Source: Octopus vulgaris
Lineage: Eukaryota
Length of the DNA stretch: 64,000 nt
NCBI GenBank assembly: GCA_951406725.2
Contig: OX597830.1
Location: 9,858,001 to 9,922,000, forward strand
Direction: 5' to 3'
Shown in pieces: positions 1 to 14,357 of the stretch. The translations under genes and the position numbers were made by a program. The notes below the pieces were generated by a model. That model was given only the letters and a program-made list of their open reading frames with translations. It was not told the DNA's origin and did not search any database. How positions within the stretch are numbered: the first letter of the stretch is position 1; each line of letters begins with the position of its first letter.

Positions 1-84
1 CAGAAATCTGGACGTATATATACATACATACACACATACATACATACATACATACATACACACATACATACATACATACATACA

Positions 85-118
<34 letters not shown>

Positions 119-1202
119 CATACATAAATGCTGCTAATTGATTTCGTGTGCTGTCATCACTTGATGTCACTCCTAAAAGTGAGCAGCAGGAATGTATCTT
201 TTTATTATTCCACACATAATAGAGATTTTAAAAATCAAGCAATCCCTGTGCCCGAAGGTCTTTTTAAGTGAGCGAAGACTCCCTTTGTACGGGGACAACC
301 CTCCACTCTTTAAACTTATGCATTTGCCCAAGAAGAACTCGTCTATATCAGATGCAAAGGAAGTCATTGGGGTCACACCAAAGTCCTCCTTTTATCAGAA
401 GTCAAAACAAAGATTAGGGGTCTCTCCTTTCCAGTTGAATGACCGCTGACTCTGTTGAGTTCATCCACTTTTGGACAGGTTTCGTTTTTCGTCCTGAAGA
501 ATGACCGACATAAAACCCCCACCTTACCAAACAGGCTTTGTAGTAGTGTGAACTGTTTAGCAACCAACGACCCAACCGCGCAAAAGGTTTGACTGGGTCA
601 GTGTTACAAGTAGCATTAAGAGTGATCAGACATACATGGACTCATGCACACACATCATACACGCGTATGTTCAGAAAGCGCTCGCACGAGTGAAAGGTAG
701 CGCGAGAAAGGTCCAGAGAAGTTTTGATTTTTGTTACTATTAGAATTTCTTGAAGAGACTAAAAGAATGCGGCGGTTTTACAGCGATATATTTTTATTGT
801 CTATCTAGTGTCTCTGTGTTAATATTTGTGTAAAACTGTCTCTTCTCACCGTTTTATTTCTTACTGTTCATTTAATCGTGTTTTTTTCCTAAATCACTGA
901 TATTAAGAGGTAAAATAGAAGCTGTATGTATCTTCAGGCCAAAATTTTAAATAATAATTTCTAAATTATACGTCTTTGACGTTAAAACATTACAAGGTTG
1001 TTTTATTATTGGACAGTAAAGATTTTAGACAGCAAAGATAAGTCGTAAGTGAAATTGTAATAAACCTCACATTGATGGAATCTCTTGCTCTGGAAATTTC
1101 CTTCAAGCGAGAACTAATACAATTTGTGTTAACAGGGATCTATATGAGTTTGGTTTTCTTAATTCAAATCTACCTCATGGTCCGTTAATATCACTCATAC
1201 AG

Positions 1203-1575
1203 TAAGGTGGCGAACTGGCAGAAGTATTAGCACGCCGGGCGAAATTCTTAGCAGTATTTTGTCTGCCGTTACGTTCTGAGTTCAAATTCCGCCGAGGTCG
1301 ACTTTGCCTTTCATCCTTTCGGGGTCGATAAATTAAGTACCAATTACGCACTGGGGTCGATATAATCGACTTAATCCGTTTGTCTGTCCTTGTTTGTCCT
1401 CTCTGTGTTTAGCCCCTTGTGGGTAATAAAGAAATAGGTATTTCGTCTGTCGTTACGTTCTGAGTTCAAATTCCGCCGAGGTTCGACTTTGCTTTCATCC
1501 TTTCAGGGTCGATTAAATTAAGTACCACTTGCGTACTGGAGTCGATCTAATCTACTGCACTCTCCCCCAACATTT
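1203..1575 (+). mobile_element. SINE family A (tRNA-like head + Nin/Deu-like core), with internal tandem unit
   Basis: Head ggtggcgaactggcagaa...gagttcaaattcc (B-box-like) followed by gcctttcatcctttcggggtcgataaattaagtacc; the same sequence recurs many times in the window. Confidence 0.85.
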
Positions 1576-2460
1576 CTCTCTCAGAAACCAAACAATGTTC
1601 ACATTACATCGGACATGAGTTAAAAGATGTACAAAAGGTTTATCCACTTACACTCCAAAAAGCATTATGTACATCAGAGAAACACCTCTCACTACACTTA
1701 TCAAAATAAATGTGGAAGAGTTCTCGAAGACACTCATTTTAGACAAAGACATTACAGTTGAATTTATTAGCCGGAAAATCCTTTTACAGCGAATATCTAG
1801 ATTGCAAAAATTATTAAGCCAGCTTCACAAATCTCTTCGAATGGTTACTTTATTCGGCTAAACACCAATATAATGAAGAATACAGAAAGAAATGAACTGA
1901 AACTGGGCCGAAGATTAGGTCATTGGAAGGACATCTTTAAGTTTGACACACTTACGGTTCTCCTCACATATATATGATGGAGGTACTGACAAACATGTAA
2001 ATGGAGCTTACTTGTTAGACTACATCCAAAAGTAGGTCCTGCCACTGAGTGATGGGGAAAAATCTTCGCTTGGGGAGAGCATTAAACTCCTAATAGATTC
2101 GTAGAGGTACATCGTTACGTAGGCCGGATCTTCGCCATTCTAAAACCACCCATGTATACTCCTGGTTGCGTTTTCGCAACGCAAAAACTGCTCCGACTTG
2201 TTTGGACATGGCCTCACCGGGAAGCCCCTGATTGAGCACATGAAATGTTCAGTAGGTAGTCGACACTCATAGCTGACAGTTGCATACTGTCCTTCTCTTC
2301 CAGCTTTTGAAAGCTTACCATAACGTTTAATCTAAATACAGTGAAATTTTAAGACTTCAATTTTTTATGGGCATATATGGGTTAAACTTAGATGCTTTCG
2401 TTCTCCAGTTCTGAAGAAAGTCGGTTTCTTAGATATGCACCTACACAGAGACACACATGT

Positions 2461-2503
<43 letters not shown>

Positions 2504-3460
2504 GAGAGAGAGAGAGAGAGAGAGACAAGAATCAAAGAAAGTAGGAGAGGGAGATAGTAACACCGAGAAAAAGAAACGTGCTGGGCTGTCCCTTTAATCA
2601 TTCGTCCCCAAGACCAAACTGGTATTTTCTTTATCTATCCGAAAGCTATTGCACTTTAAGTATTCTAACCTCAGATGAGTCATTACACCAGACTTCGTCC
2701 TTATAGGCCAATAAACATATACTATTATTAGAAATAAGTCAGTAGGAAATGGGTGCAAACATTTATATAAATAAAGCGGAAGTGAATTATTTTAGAGGAT
2801 TCAATTTCGTTCTTATAAATTCTAGTGATAAATCTCGATGAAAAAATGGTTTTGTCTTTGGTTCTTCTTTAATAAAACAAGACGCAACATTATATTACCC
2901 CAGATTAAGCGAAACAATCACAACAATTAAAGAACATAGTTTTGAACTTCGTCGAATTCTTGCATTGTTGGAACTGTAAGTACGTCGGACAAAATGATTT
3001 TCTCTGTTTGCCTCGGCTCTTCAACGTCAACTGCAATCTTTTGCCCTTCAGTGTTTGATAAAATATAGGACAAGTCAAGTGACTTTATGATGTGTGGGTT
3101 TATCTCTAATAGTTGTTATTACGTCCGGGACAGATCTGATAAGTAACCGAGTCTATTGTGCAGAAACAATCGCCTTGCTTTGACGAATGTAGAGCAATGA
3201 ATCTTCTTTTCTTTGTTGGTAGTGGCGAAGGAAGCTGCATGGTAGATGCAGTTGAAAGGTTTGAAAACAGATTTTCCCATCAAGCTAGCACTTCATTAAA
3301 TTCTTCAAGCAACACTTGAGAAGGACGTTGGTAATAGAGAAGGCGTTACTCCCCACCATAAAAGTTTACAATGTTTTATGGACGAGAAAGACAATATTGG
3401 CATAGCTACATGTGTTCTCCCTAAGAGTTTGTGTGAGTTGACGAGAGATTTAAAAGCATG

Positions 3461-3845
3461 TAAGGCGGCGAGCTGGCAGAAACGTTAGCACGCCGGGCGA
3501 AATGCTTAGCGATTTATTAGTCTATAAATTAAGTACCAGTTACACACTGGGGTCGATGTAATCGACTTAATCCGTTTGTCTGTCCTTGTTTGTCCTCTCT
3601 GTATTTAGCCCCTTGTGGGTAGTAAAGAAATAGGAAATAGATATTTCGTCTGCCGCTACGTTCAGAGTTCAAATTCCGCCGAGGTTGACTTTGCCTTTCA
3701 TCCTTTCGGGGTTGAGTAAATAAGTACCAGTTACGCACCAGGGAAGATATAATCAACTTAATCTGTTTGTCTTTGTTTGTCGCCTCTGAATGTAGCCCCT
3801 TGTAGGCAGCAAAGAAATAGGTATTTCGTCTGCCGTTACGTTCTT
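3461..3845 (+). mobile_element. SINE family A, internally repeated
   Basis: taaggcggcgagctggcagaaacgttagcacgccgggcg head plus repeated core units. Confidence 0.85.
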
Positions 3846-3854
3846 GTCTAATCT

Positions 3855-4272
3855 AGCACAAGGACCGAAATTTTGGGGCGAAGGGGGCCAGTAGATTAGA
3901 TCGACCCCAGTACGCAACTGGTACTTAATTTATCGACCCAGAAAGGATCAAAGGCAACGTAGATCTCGCGGGATTTGAACTCAGAACGTAAAGACAGACG
4001 AAATACCGCTAAGTATTTCGCTCGGCCTGCTATCGTTTTTGCTAGCTCGCCCCCTTAATTATTTTTTGCTCTAGGCACAAGACCCGAAATTTGGGGGAGA
4101 GGGACAGTCCATTAGATCGACCCCAGTACACAACTGGTATTTAATTTATCGATCTCGAAATGATGAAATACAAAGCCGACCTCGGCAAAATTTGAACTCA
4201 GAACGTAAAGACAGACGAAATACTGCTAAGCATTTCGCCTGGCGTGCTAATGTTTCTGCCAGCTCACCGCCT
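3855..4272 (-). mobile_element. Two tandem SINE family A copies with an alternative 3' tail
   Basis: Reverse-complement family A core twice; tail on + reads ctaggcacaagacccgaaatttgggg. Confidence 0.8.
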
Positions 4273-4717
4273 TAATATCTCAACAATTCTAAACAAGGAA
4301 TAATGGACTTTATAAAATAACGAATTTAATGACCAAAGCGTTTGACTGCATAAAACACACAAGATGACGTACATTCAGCCAAATATATTTCCAAGCAATC
4401 CGTCATAAAATAATTTTAAGTATGGGCAGCAATCCACACGAACTCTTCAGAGCAAGGATATACATTATACTATATGCCACAAAATCTTTATGACCATAAG
4501 ATTGAAATTTACGGATGAAAAACGTTCATGGGAACCTTCGACAGATTATGGGTGATACAAACACACACACACACACAAACATACACACTCACACCAATAC
4601 ATCGTTTTTCGTTTTCCGTCTTTAATCCACATATCTGCACTTTCTATAGGCTCCCGTTTCAGTGTTTTCGCATTTCGTCCATTATTCAAATTTTTTGGTT
4701 CGTTATGATATGTGGTT

Positions 4718-4773
4718 TGCGCCTGAGGATATGGTTCAGTATTTCTTAACGCATGAAACTATTAGCAGCGCAT
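4718..4773 (+). ncRNA. Degenerate type I hammerhead ribozyme motif
   Basis: CTGAGGA (4723-4729), stem II atggtt/aacgcat, GAAAC TA TTA, weak stem I gc/gc; a short tail then (TA)n follows. Confidence 0.45.
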
Positions 4774-4794
4774 AAATACATGTATTGTGACCTT

Positions 4795-4885
<91 letters not shown>

Positions 4886-4892
<7 letters not shown>

Positions 4893-5080
4893 CACGTGAT
4901 CACGTGACTGACCAGTCCATCTGATGTAGTTACACATCGCTGGCTGGTCACAATGCGTTCGCATTGTTTTAGCCTTCGAATGACGCCACCCTGCTGGCTA
5001 AGCGAGCAGGCCAACTGAAGAAAGAGTGGGAGAAAGAGTGGTGAAAGAGTACAGCAGGGATCACCAACCCCTGCCGGAAT
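4886..5080 (-). mobile_element. SINE family C, 3' fragment
   Basis: Reverse complement of the 3' half of the element at 12955-13285 (gcaggggttggtgatccctgctgtactc...cggtcacgtgatcacgtga). Confidence 0.8.
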
Positions 5081-5087
5081 ATACATA

Positions 5088-5120
<33 letters not shown>

Positions 5121-5180
5121 ACAGAGAGAGAAATAGAAAGAGAGAGAGGTAGAGAGAAACAGACAGACAGATCGACAGAC

Positions 5181-5242
<62 letters not shown>

Positions 5243-5772
5243 GTTTGTGTTAAATCTCAACAAAAACATCCTAAGCCCGAAACAACCCCTTTTGCTGAGG
5301 AATTTATTATATTGGGTGGGTTTAAGCCGACTGATTAGTCATACTGTCTTAAATATATTTATATGTTCTTTGAAAGTTTATTGACACAACAGATCCTTTT
5401 ACACGGCTTCTATGATGAAACTTCCTGTCTCTGCTGTCATCATTGCCGAAAGTTGTCGGCCGACATTTTAATAGAGAAGTGAATCTCTGAAATCCGGAGT
5501 ATGGAAATCTATTTATATTACTGTTGTTATATTTCTCTTTCTTTTTTCTATATTCCGTCATCTTTGGTATTCCGGAAGGTATTTCATGGTTGTATATATG
5601 GCACTTGTTTTCGTCAATTTAATGTATATTTCATGTGCCCCTGAAGAAAATAAATAAAACGTCCGAGGTCAACTTTGACTTTCGCCCTTCCGGGGTCGAA
5701 TAATTACTGAAGTTGATGTAAACAACTAACAGCCAGACATTAAAATTCTTGCCTTGTGCCAAAATTTAAACA

Positions 5773-5837
<65 letters not shown>

Positions 5838-5844
5838 CATCATA

Positions 5845-6232
5845 AGCGTAGGACTGGCTGTGTGGTAAGTAGCTTGCTTACCAACCACATGGTTCCAGGT
5901 TCAGTCCCACAGCGTGGCACCTTGGGCGAGTGTCTTCTACTATAGCCTTGGGCCGACCAAAGCATTGTGAGTGGATTTGGTAGACGGAAACTGAAAGAAG
6001 TCCGTCGTATATATGTATATATATGTATGTGTGTATGTTTGTGTGTCTGTGTTTGCCCCCACCCCCTCAACGTCACTTGACAACCGATGCTGGTGTGGTT
6101 ACGTCCCCGTAACTTAGCGTTTCGGCAAAAGAGACCGATAGAATAAGTAGGCTTACAAAGAATAAGTTCTGGTGTCGATTTGTTCGACTAAAGGCGGTGC
6201 TCAAATGACTGAAACAAGTAAAAGAGTAAAAG

Positions 6233-6236
<4 letters not shown>
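5845..6236 (+). mobile_element. SINE family B, near full length
   Basis: A/B-box-like tggctgtgtggtaag...ggttcagtccc, CORE-like ccttgggcgagtgtct, internal microsatellite, tail gactgaaacaagtaaaagagtaaaagag. Confidence 0.9.
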
Positions 6237-6297
<61 letters not shown>

Positions 6298-6348
6298 CAT
6301 TATTATTATCATTATTATTATTATTTTTATTATTATTATTATTATTAA

Positions 6349-6382
<34 letters not shown>

Positions 6383-6736
6383 GCTTTGTCTTATAAGAGG
6401 TCTTCTAGCGTTCAACCAGAAACCTCATGTAACAGCCAATTGGGACGTTTTATTATGAGTGCTATCTATGATGAGCAATAATTTTTAAAGGAGGCCAGAA
6501 TCTAGGAACGAAGATTCTCTTAAATTTGCAATAATTCAGTTTTGATTGAGTTTTAAGAGAAGCAGCTGGTTTCAAGTTGACAATGTGTCACTTGGGTTTT
6601 TTATTTTTGCCACAATATCTGTACTATTGGCCTGTAGAGCACCGTTCAGAACGGTGATGTCTTTATTTTCTACAATTTTGCTAAGCTTGTGTTCCCACAA
6701 GTTCTTCTCATACAGGTATCGAGATTTACAGTATAT

Positions 6737-6968
6737 ATTTCTTTATTACCCACAAGGGGCTAAACATAGAGGGGACAAACTAGGACAGACAAAGGGATAA
6801 AGTCGATTACATCGATCCCAGTGCGAAACTGGTACTTTATTTATCGACCACGAAAGGATGAAAGGCAAAGTCGACCTCGGCGGAATTTGAACTCAGAACG
6901 TAACGACAGACGAAATACAGCAAAGAATATCGCCCGGCGTGCTAACGAGTCTGCCAGCTCGCCGCCTT
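6737..6968 (-). mobile_element. SINE family A monomer with target-site duplication
   Basis: Flanked by gagatttacagtata (6721-6735) and gagacttacagtata (6971-6985). Confidence 0.9.
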
Positions 6969-8092
6969 TAGAGACTTACAGTATAGGAGCAAGTTTATGT
7001 ACAGGCCTAGTCTATCAGAGCGAATAATGCATTCATTTGAGGCTGGCATAGAAATAGCTTCAATAGTTTCCCTGTCTGCACCACAAAAGCAGCAAGCTTT
7101 TATGAAAAAAGGTCATGTTTAATCAATCGATGTGTACCCTTGGTCCCACCATAACACATGCCATTATAGGGACAACTCGAGTGTTCATGTCTCTCCGTTT
7201 ACAATATCCATTTATCCCTATATAAATATCATTATAACAGCTCTTCCTACTTTCACAGATATGCCGGCATCTGGTGAAATAAAAAATACTATTTTATAAT
7301 TTTTTTTGTAAATCTAAGTTTCTGAAAGAAAGTGTAAATTGTATGTTACTCTTGTATTACTCTGTATGTTTCAGACATTGGTTGCAACTCTCTGCCATCT
7401 GCTTCCTGTTCTTTGAAAGATTGGTAAAACTGGTAAGAATTTCATATTTGTATGACTAACTATTTAATTAAGTTTAAGTACCGATTACTAACTGATGTAT
7501 GTATTTTACATTTTTTCATAACTGCATCCCCGATACTTTCTATTACCCCCCCCCACACATACACACATACACACACATCTACTATGCATATATCCGTATT
7601 TACCACATATATTGTCTTTGACATGCCATTCAAATTCACATAGAAAATGTTTAATAAAATCAAACACACACCACACAAAAATTATACATGTATGTATTGT
7701 GTTGTCTGTGTGTGTGAATGTGTGTGTGTGTGTGTGTGTAGGTGTGTGTGTGTGTAAGAATGTCCTCTCATCATCATCCTCACGATACGTCCATTTTCGT
7801 ATGCTGGTTTCAATTAGACAGGTCGTTAAGAATCGAGCGCACCTAACTCTGGAGCATTTTCGTATCATATAAGCCAAGCACGAGATTGTAATGTATGCAA
7901 GGAAGACTTAAGGGCTCCATCTCCCCTTTTTTATACGCCTTTACTCAGTTATCTGAGTCCTGGGCAGGTAACTTCCACTGCTGCTGATGGAGTCTTTGTC
8001 TTACGTGTACGCAACGTTTTTGGTTCACTTCCTACAGCGAAATAACTTGTATATTTGTAGCCTTTGTGGCCGTTGTGTCAAACTATATATAC

Positions 8093-8163
<71 letters not shown>

Positions 8164-8381
8164 TATATCCGTATATATACGCATACATGCATGTATATAA
8201 TTATATATATATATATGTACATATATCTATCTATTTGTCTACCCATCTCTCTCTGTGAATATGCGTATGTATTAACATACATAGATATGTGTACGCGTAT
8301 TGTATTGTATATATGGCAGCTGGTGTTTTAGAGATCATTGCCAAAATCTATCAACTTCTGTAGCTCTTTATATACTCATTA

Positions 8382-8416
<35 letters not shown>

Positions 8417-9184
8417 TGTCGGTGCCTGTGTGTGTATGTATGTATAAATGAGCATAAAATATATTTTGTGGTAGAAATTATATAATAATCACAGCAAAAA
8501 TTAAAATATAATTACGACATAAAGTAAATGGTTAAACTTTCTGATTATAAAATAAGCTGTAAATTTAACTAAACGCTCTGCAATCTGGAATCCAAGGCAT
8601 GAAATAGAAATACAATGAACCATTTATGTGGAAAGAAAAACATAATGAAATTAAAAGAAGTAAAGATTAAGAACAGTATGGAGAACGGTAAGACTCGTAA
8701 ATGTTAAGAATAATAAATCTTAAATCCACCGAAACGCCCCTCAAAAGCAGTGCATTGTAAAAATTGGAAACTCTAAATATAAATAGGAACGACGGAATAT
8801 ATCCAGTTTGAAACGGCTTTGACCTTGGTGAATCGATTAATAGTCATCATTGATCAAAGGACATAAAAAGAAGTCATACGACTGAGTCTCTTCAGTAGCA
8901 GACGACATTGTCAGACGCTACAAATGTCGCATTTCCTACGTTGCTCTCTGAGATAAGATGAAGTATTGGGATTTTGTTTAAAATATTGGGATCAAAGCTA
9001 AAGCCTGCTTCGTAGACACGGGTTTCAATTGAACGGGGTACAAGCACAGGCATGACTATATTGTTAAAAAGCTCACTTAGCAACTACGTGAATGCGGGTT
9101 CATTCCCATTGCGTGTAAATAGCCTCCGACCCATGAGTGAAATTGGTAAACGGAAACTATGCGGAATCCTGTCGTATATGTATA

Positions 9185-9610
9185 TACGATATGGGCTTAA
9201 AAGTTCGTCGGATGATCATGATGCTAGAGATGTAAAATTTTACATGAAATCATTCGAACCTTTCTTATGAATAACTGCCTTGTTTTCTATACGTGTAAAC
9301 TAATATCTAACTGTTGAAAAAAGACTTTAAAAGTAACTAGTCACCACTTCTCTGAAAAATGGACAAAGTTTGCCATCGTGCTGTTAACAAGTACCTGCAG
9401 AAAAATGGTTTATCTCCCAAGGACATTCATTCCGAGATTGTTACTGAATTAGCGATGAATCTCCTGCTTTATAAACAGTACAAAGGTAGGCTGTTGAATT
9501 TTGGAGGGAAATAGTTTTGAAGATGACCCAATTTCTGGAAGTCCTGCAAATGCCACTATCGAGGAAAACATTGATACTATTCAATATATGGTGATGGATG
9601 ACAAGCTATT
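9185..9610 (+). pseudogene. Decayed mariner transposon, 5' end and transposase N-terminus
   Basis: TIR-like tacgatatgggcttaaaagttc; translation from 9359 MDKVCHRAVNKYLQKNGLSPKDIHSEIV and, after a frameshift, EDDPISGSPANATIEENIDTIQYMVMDD (mariner HTH / EDxPRSGRP motif). Confidence 0.85.
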
Positions 9611-9708
9611 GGCTGTCTATGTACTATTAGAAAAGAACTTCAATCTACATTGCTTGGAATGTTACACAGCAAAACCCGTGCATAATGGGAAAATACTTTG
9701 AAATTGGC

Positions 9709-10136
9709 CCTGAAATGTGAATACAAACGGGATAAAACAAGTTTCACGTAAATCGGGCCACTGGTTCTTGTGGTATGGGATGTTTTGGGGGTAAAAATAC
9801 TCAAAACGGTCCTTAATGGGGAAATACTCCGAAAATAACTTAACCCTGAAAGGGAAGAAACTCTAACCTTTCGATTAAGCATATTATGATGGATAAGTTA
9901 AAGTGACTATATTATGATGGACAACTTGGCAAGTTAAAGTCAGTAAGACTTTTCTTTTAGTGACTTTAACTTGCCAACGAAAAAAATAGGAGTTGTTTTT
10001 ACAGTAAATGCAAAAACATACTTTGGTGTATCCCAGAAACAGCTGTAAGACTTTAATTTTTTCTAATAAGAATAATAACGTATATGACTTAAGATGTTTG
10101 TCTTCCCTTAACATTGACCCCTTTAATAATTATATA

Positions 10137-10208
<72 letters not shown>

Positions 10209-10216
10209 TGAGAGAG

Positions 10217-10276
<60 letters not shown>

Positions 10277-10640
10277 TAAAACTCTCTAATTGCTTGCTTG
10301 TCTGTTATTTAAAGCAGCCAAACTGGCGCATAATGCGAAAATACTATGAATTAAGTTACCCTGAAATGTGAATACAAACGGAATAAACAAGTTTCGCGTA
10401 AATCGGACTAAGGATTCCTGAGATATGGAGAGTTTTGTGTTATTCATAAATACCCAAAACGGTGCATAACGGAAAAACCCTCCGAAAATAACATAACGCT
10501 TAAAGGAAAGAAAATCTAACGTTTCGATTATGATCAATGTTTTCTACATTTTGAAGACAAGTTTTACGACCTGGCAAGTGTCTAAGTGACTTTAGCTTGC
10601 CAATGAAAAAGTACGAGCTGTTTTTACAGTAAATGTTTCT
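9709..10640. repeat. Two homologous copies (about 9709-10010 and 10359-10640) of a possible Helentron/HINE-like repeat
   Basis: Both start ccctgaaatgtgaatacaaacgg...aagtttc(a/g)cgtaaatcgg and end gtttttacagtaaatg; family call rests on resemblance only. Confidence 0.55.
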
Positions 10641-11122
10641 ATTTTCGCTTCTGTTAAACACAATATTTTAATCATTTAGAAATATTTCCAAGTGAACGTG
10701 ATTTGAAAAATACAAGTTATTTGTACATGAGTATTTACATTTTAGCTTTCTTTAAACAGACAATATTTTAATTTTTTAAAAATTATTTTCAAGTGAATAC
10801 CTTTACAAAAAATTTTCGTTGGTATATTTAAAAATTATCATTTAGTGAAAATAACATTTTAATTATTAAAATCTAGGTAAATATTTCGTAAAGGACCCGT
10901 TCGTATTTCAGCAATTTTTTTACATGTGTTTTTGGAGTACATTTAATGCATCTCACCTCCAAGCCACTTTCTTCCGGAAAAGAGAGGAGTGGTGGGGATC
11001 TCGAAGTTTCCCGGAAACTCCGACTTTGCCACCAGCGGATTTTGTTTCGTGGATTTTTTTTCTTTTCACGGTTATTTTGCATGCTTTCAACGAATGTGAC
11101 TCGGAAATCACGAGGAAACATC

Positions 11123-11270
11123 TTTCCCCAGAAAAGGAAAAATTCGGCTTCTATTTCTAGCACGCTCTGCTACCACGTAATAGCTATTTGCGATAAAGGA
11201 CCCGAAATAGCTGTTACGTGGTAGCAGGGAATGCTAGAAATACCAGCCAAATGTTTTCTTCTCTAGGGAA
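11123..11270. repeat. Long imperfect palindrome (fold-back/MITE-like)
   Basis: atttctagcacgctctgctaccacgtaatagctattt ... aaatagctgttacgtggtagcagggaatgctagaaat around a 15-nt spacer. Confidence 0.85.
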
Positions 11271-11936
11271 TTTTTCGCCGCTAGAACAAAATGGCTGCCG
11301 CACAATAGTAACTGACCAAACCCAAGAAAAATCAGTATTACTTGCACGTATAGAATGAACAAACAAATACGAAAAAAAGCATAAATATAATTACATCTAA
11401 AGCTAGGTCTCTGTGGCTCACACTTAACTATAATACCAGTTGATATATATATTTCCTATTTACACTTACGCTATTTGCTTCTGTTTTTTTAATTTTTTTC
11501 AAATTTTAACTTGTCTTATTTTCTCTTTGTTGAGTTGGTGTCCATGTTTGATTTAATTAATGTGGGTAACATATCTTCTCAATTAACACATTTTACAGAC
11601 AGTATAGATTTACATATGAAATAGATATCCGACATATGTGGGAGAGAGCAAACTATGGTTCACTGTGACACTGTATAGAGAGACAATGTAAGAAAGAAAG
11701 AAAGAGAGAGAGAGAAAGAGAGAGGGAAAGAGTGAGAGAAAGTGAGAGAGAGAGGAGGTTTGGACTAGAACTGAATGTTTCGAGGCCATGATGCATAGAG
11801 AGTCGCTTTTAGTTAGATAAGAATATGAAGAGAAAATAATTTACATAAAAGCAAAATGAAAAAAGAAATAATGAGTCAAACTAATATATGAAAAAATAGG
11901 GCAGTTATAGCTTGTGTTTTCTTAGTAGGTTAGTAT

Positions 11937-12091
<155 letters not shown>

Positions 12092-12534
12092 TGATGGAAT
12101 CTGCATTATATTTATATGGAATGTCATGGTAGCATTCGGTGCAGTTAATAATGAACTAAACAAACTAAATATATGCATTACGAAACGAAGGTTTTGGTAC
12201 TTCAAATTTACGAGTTCAAATTTCAGCGGTTCATTGACTTCGACGAACAGGAAAAGTCAATAACGAAAAATAACACTTTTGATGCCTAATTATTTCTCGG
12301 CATTAATTTAAGGAAGATTATAAGAGAAAAAAAAAGTGTTATTTAATAAAGAATGTTACTTAAAAGAAAGAAAGAGAACGAGTAGAAGCTTTTGTCTTGT
12401 ACTATCATCTTACAATAATACAAGCTATTTGTCCCGGTATATTTCTGCTCAATCATGTCTGAGATCGAACTCTCAGAACTCTCACTCACACTCCTCATAC
12501 ATATACATAAACACACACACACACACACACAACA

Positions 12535-12835
12535 CACGTATGAGGGTCTCCCCGTCGCTAGACGACGTATGAGGGTTCAACAATTCCTTACCGAACCACC
12601 ACACAGATGGTTTGTTTGTAGTGATCAAATGTTTGTGTTTCCGTAGGCTCACTCCTTCCATCAAATCGACATTACCTGTACAGGTGCAACGGGGTGCCAC
12701 GTGTCAGATGCCAAAGTGGTCGCAGAGCAACGTGAAATGAAGTGCTTTTCTCAAGAACACCACGCAGCACCCGGTCTGGGAATCGAACCTCGCCGTCGTG
12801 TGTGCAACGCCTTAACCACTGAGCCATGCACCTTC
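12535..12835 (-). mobile_element. SINE family D (tRNA head, ttgagcaagacactt-type core)
   Basis: Reverse strand ggtgcatggctcagtggttaagg...ggttcgattcccagaccggg...ttcttgagaaaagcacttcat. Confidence 0.7.
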
Positions 12836-12887
12836 ATACATTTGTATATAGGTGTATCTGTGTGTTTGTGTATATATATATATATAT

Positions 12888-12947
<60 letters not shown>

Positions 12948-12954
12948 AGTGTGT

Positions 12955-13285
12955 GGAGGTGCAATGGGCGATCTGGGAAAGTTGTGGCCACTGGGTTAGG
13001 GCAGCGAACTCGCGGTCATAGGATCACGGTTTCGATTCCCAGACCGGGCGTTGTGAGTGTTTTTTGAGCGAAAGCACCTAAAGCTCTACGAGGCTCCGAC
13101 CGGGAGTGGTGGCGATCCCTGCTGTACTCTTTCGCCACAACTTTCTCTCACTCCTTCTTCTGTTGGCCTGCTCGCTTAGCCAGTGGGGGTGGCGTCATTT
13201 GAAGGCTAAAGCAATGCAAAGCTCATTGTGACCAGCGATGTGTAGCAACATCTCATAGCCTGGTCGGTCACGGTGATCACGGTGC
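12955..13285 (+). mobile_element. SINE family C (tRNA-Arg-like head)
   Basis: ggttagggcagcgaactcgcggtcataggatcacggtttcgattcccagaccggg; tail cggtcacggtgatcacggtg. Confidence 0.8.
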
Positions 13286-13810
13286 TATGTAGTGTATGTA
13301 TGTATGTATGTATGTATGTATGTATGTATGTATGTATGTATGTATGTGTGTATGTGTGTGTGTATGTATGTATGTATGTATGTATGTATGTATGTATGTA
13401 TGGATGGATGGATGGATGGATGTAGGTATGAAGGTATGTCCTCTTCTCTTTTTAATAATTCAAATTCTTCCTCTGAGGAAGGAGCTAGTATCTAACAAAG
13501 ATACAAACATCCATCTTTGCAATGTAGATAACGAAAACAATGTCATATTTTAAACTTGGGAAACGTTTTGCATATTCTTATTGTTCCCCTTACAGAATTT
13601 AGTTGTAATGTGTGAGTTAGTTGGTTGATTTCTTTCCTGAAAACCCTCGCTCACAAAACCATGTGCGCCGATTACTGTAGAAACGTGTGAATTTTTAATC
13701 TACTTATAAAAGTTCCAGATTTCGAAACAGCTCTCTGTTTGTCTGTCTGTCTGTCAGTCTGTATGAATGTATGTATGTATATCTCTCTCTCTTTCTCTCT
13801 CTCTCTCTCC

Positions 13811-13848
<38 letters not shown>

Positions 13849-13849
13849 G

Positions 13850-13917
<68 letters not shown>

Positions 13918-13918
<1 letters not shown>

Positions 13919-14072
13919 GGTAAGTAGCTTGCTAACCAACCACATGGTTCCGGGTTCAGTCCCACTGCGTTGAATCTTGGGAAAGTGTCTTCTGCTATAG
14001 CCCCGGGCCGACCAATGCCTTGTGAGTGGATTTAGTAGACGGAAACTGAAAGAAGCCTGTCGTATATATTTT

Positions 14073-14103
<31 letters not shown>

Positions 14104-14327
14104 TTGCGTGTCTGTGTTTGTCCCCCTAGCATTGCTTGACAACCGATGCTGGTGTGTTTATGTCCCTGTCACTTAGCGGTTCGGCAAAAGAGACCGATAG
14201 AATAAGTACAAGTACTGGGCTTACAAAGAATAAGTCCCGGGGTCGATTTATCGACTAAAGGCGGTGCTCCAGCATGGCCGCAGTCAAATGACTGAAACAA
14301 GTAAAAGAGTAAAAGAGAGTAAAGAGT
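13918..14327 (+). mobile_element. SINE family B
   Basis: Colinear with 5845-6236 and 48780-49192. Confidence 0.9.
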
Positions 14328-14357
14328 ATATATATATATATATATATATTCGTTTAT

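Noticed and set aside
1580-2330. Possible decayed retroelement ORF1 or host exon
   Set aside because: Coding-like composition but no motif I can identify
8795-8900. Minus-strand CTGAAGA possible HHR start
   Set aside because: No convincing GAAA, stem II or stem I partner
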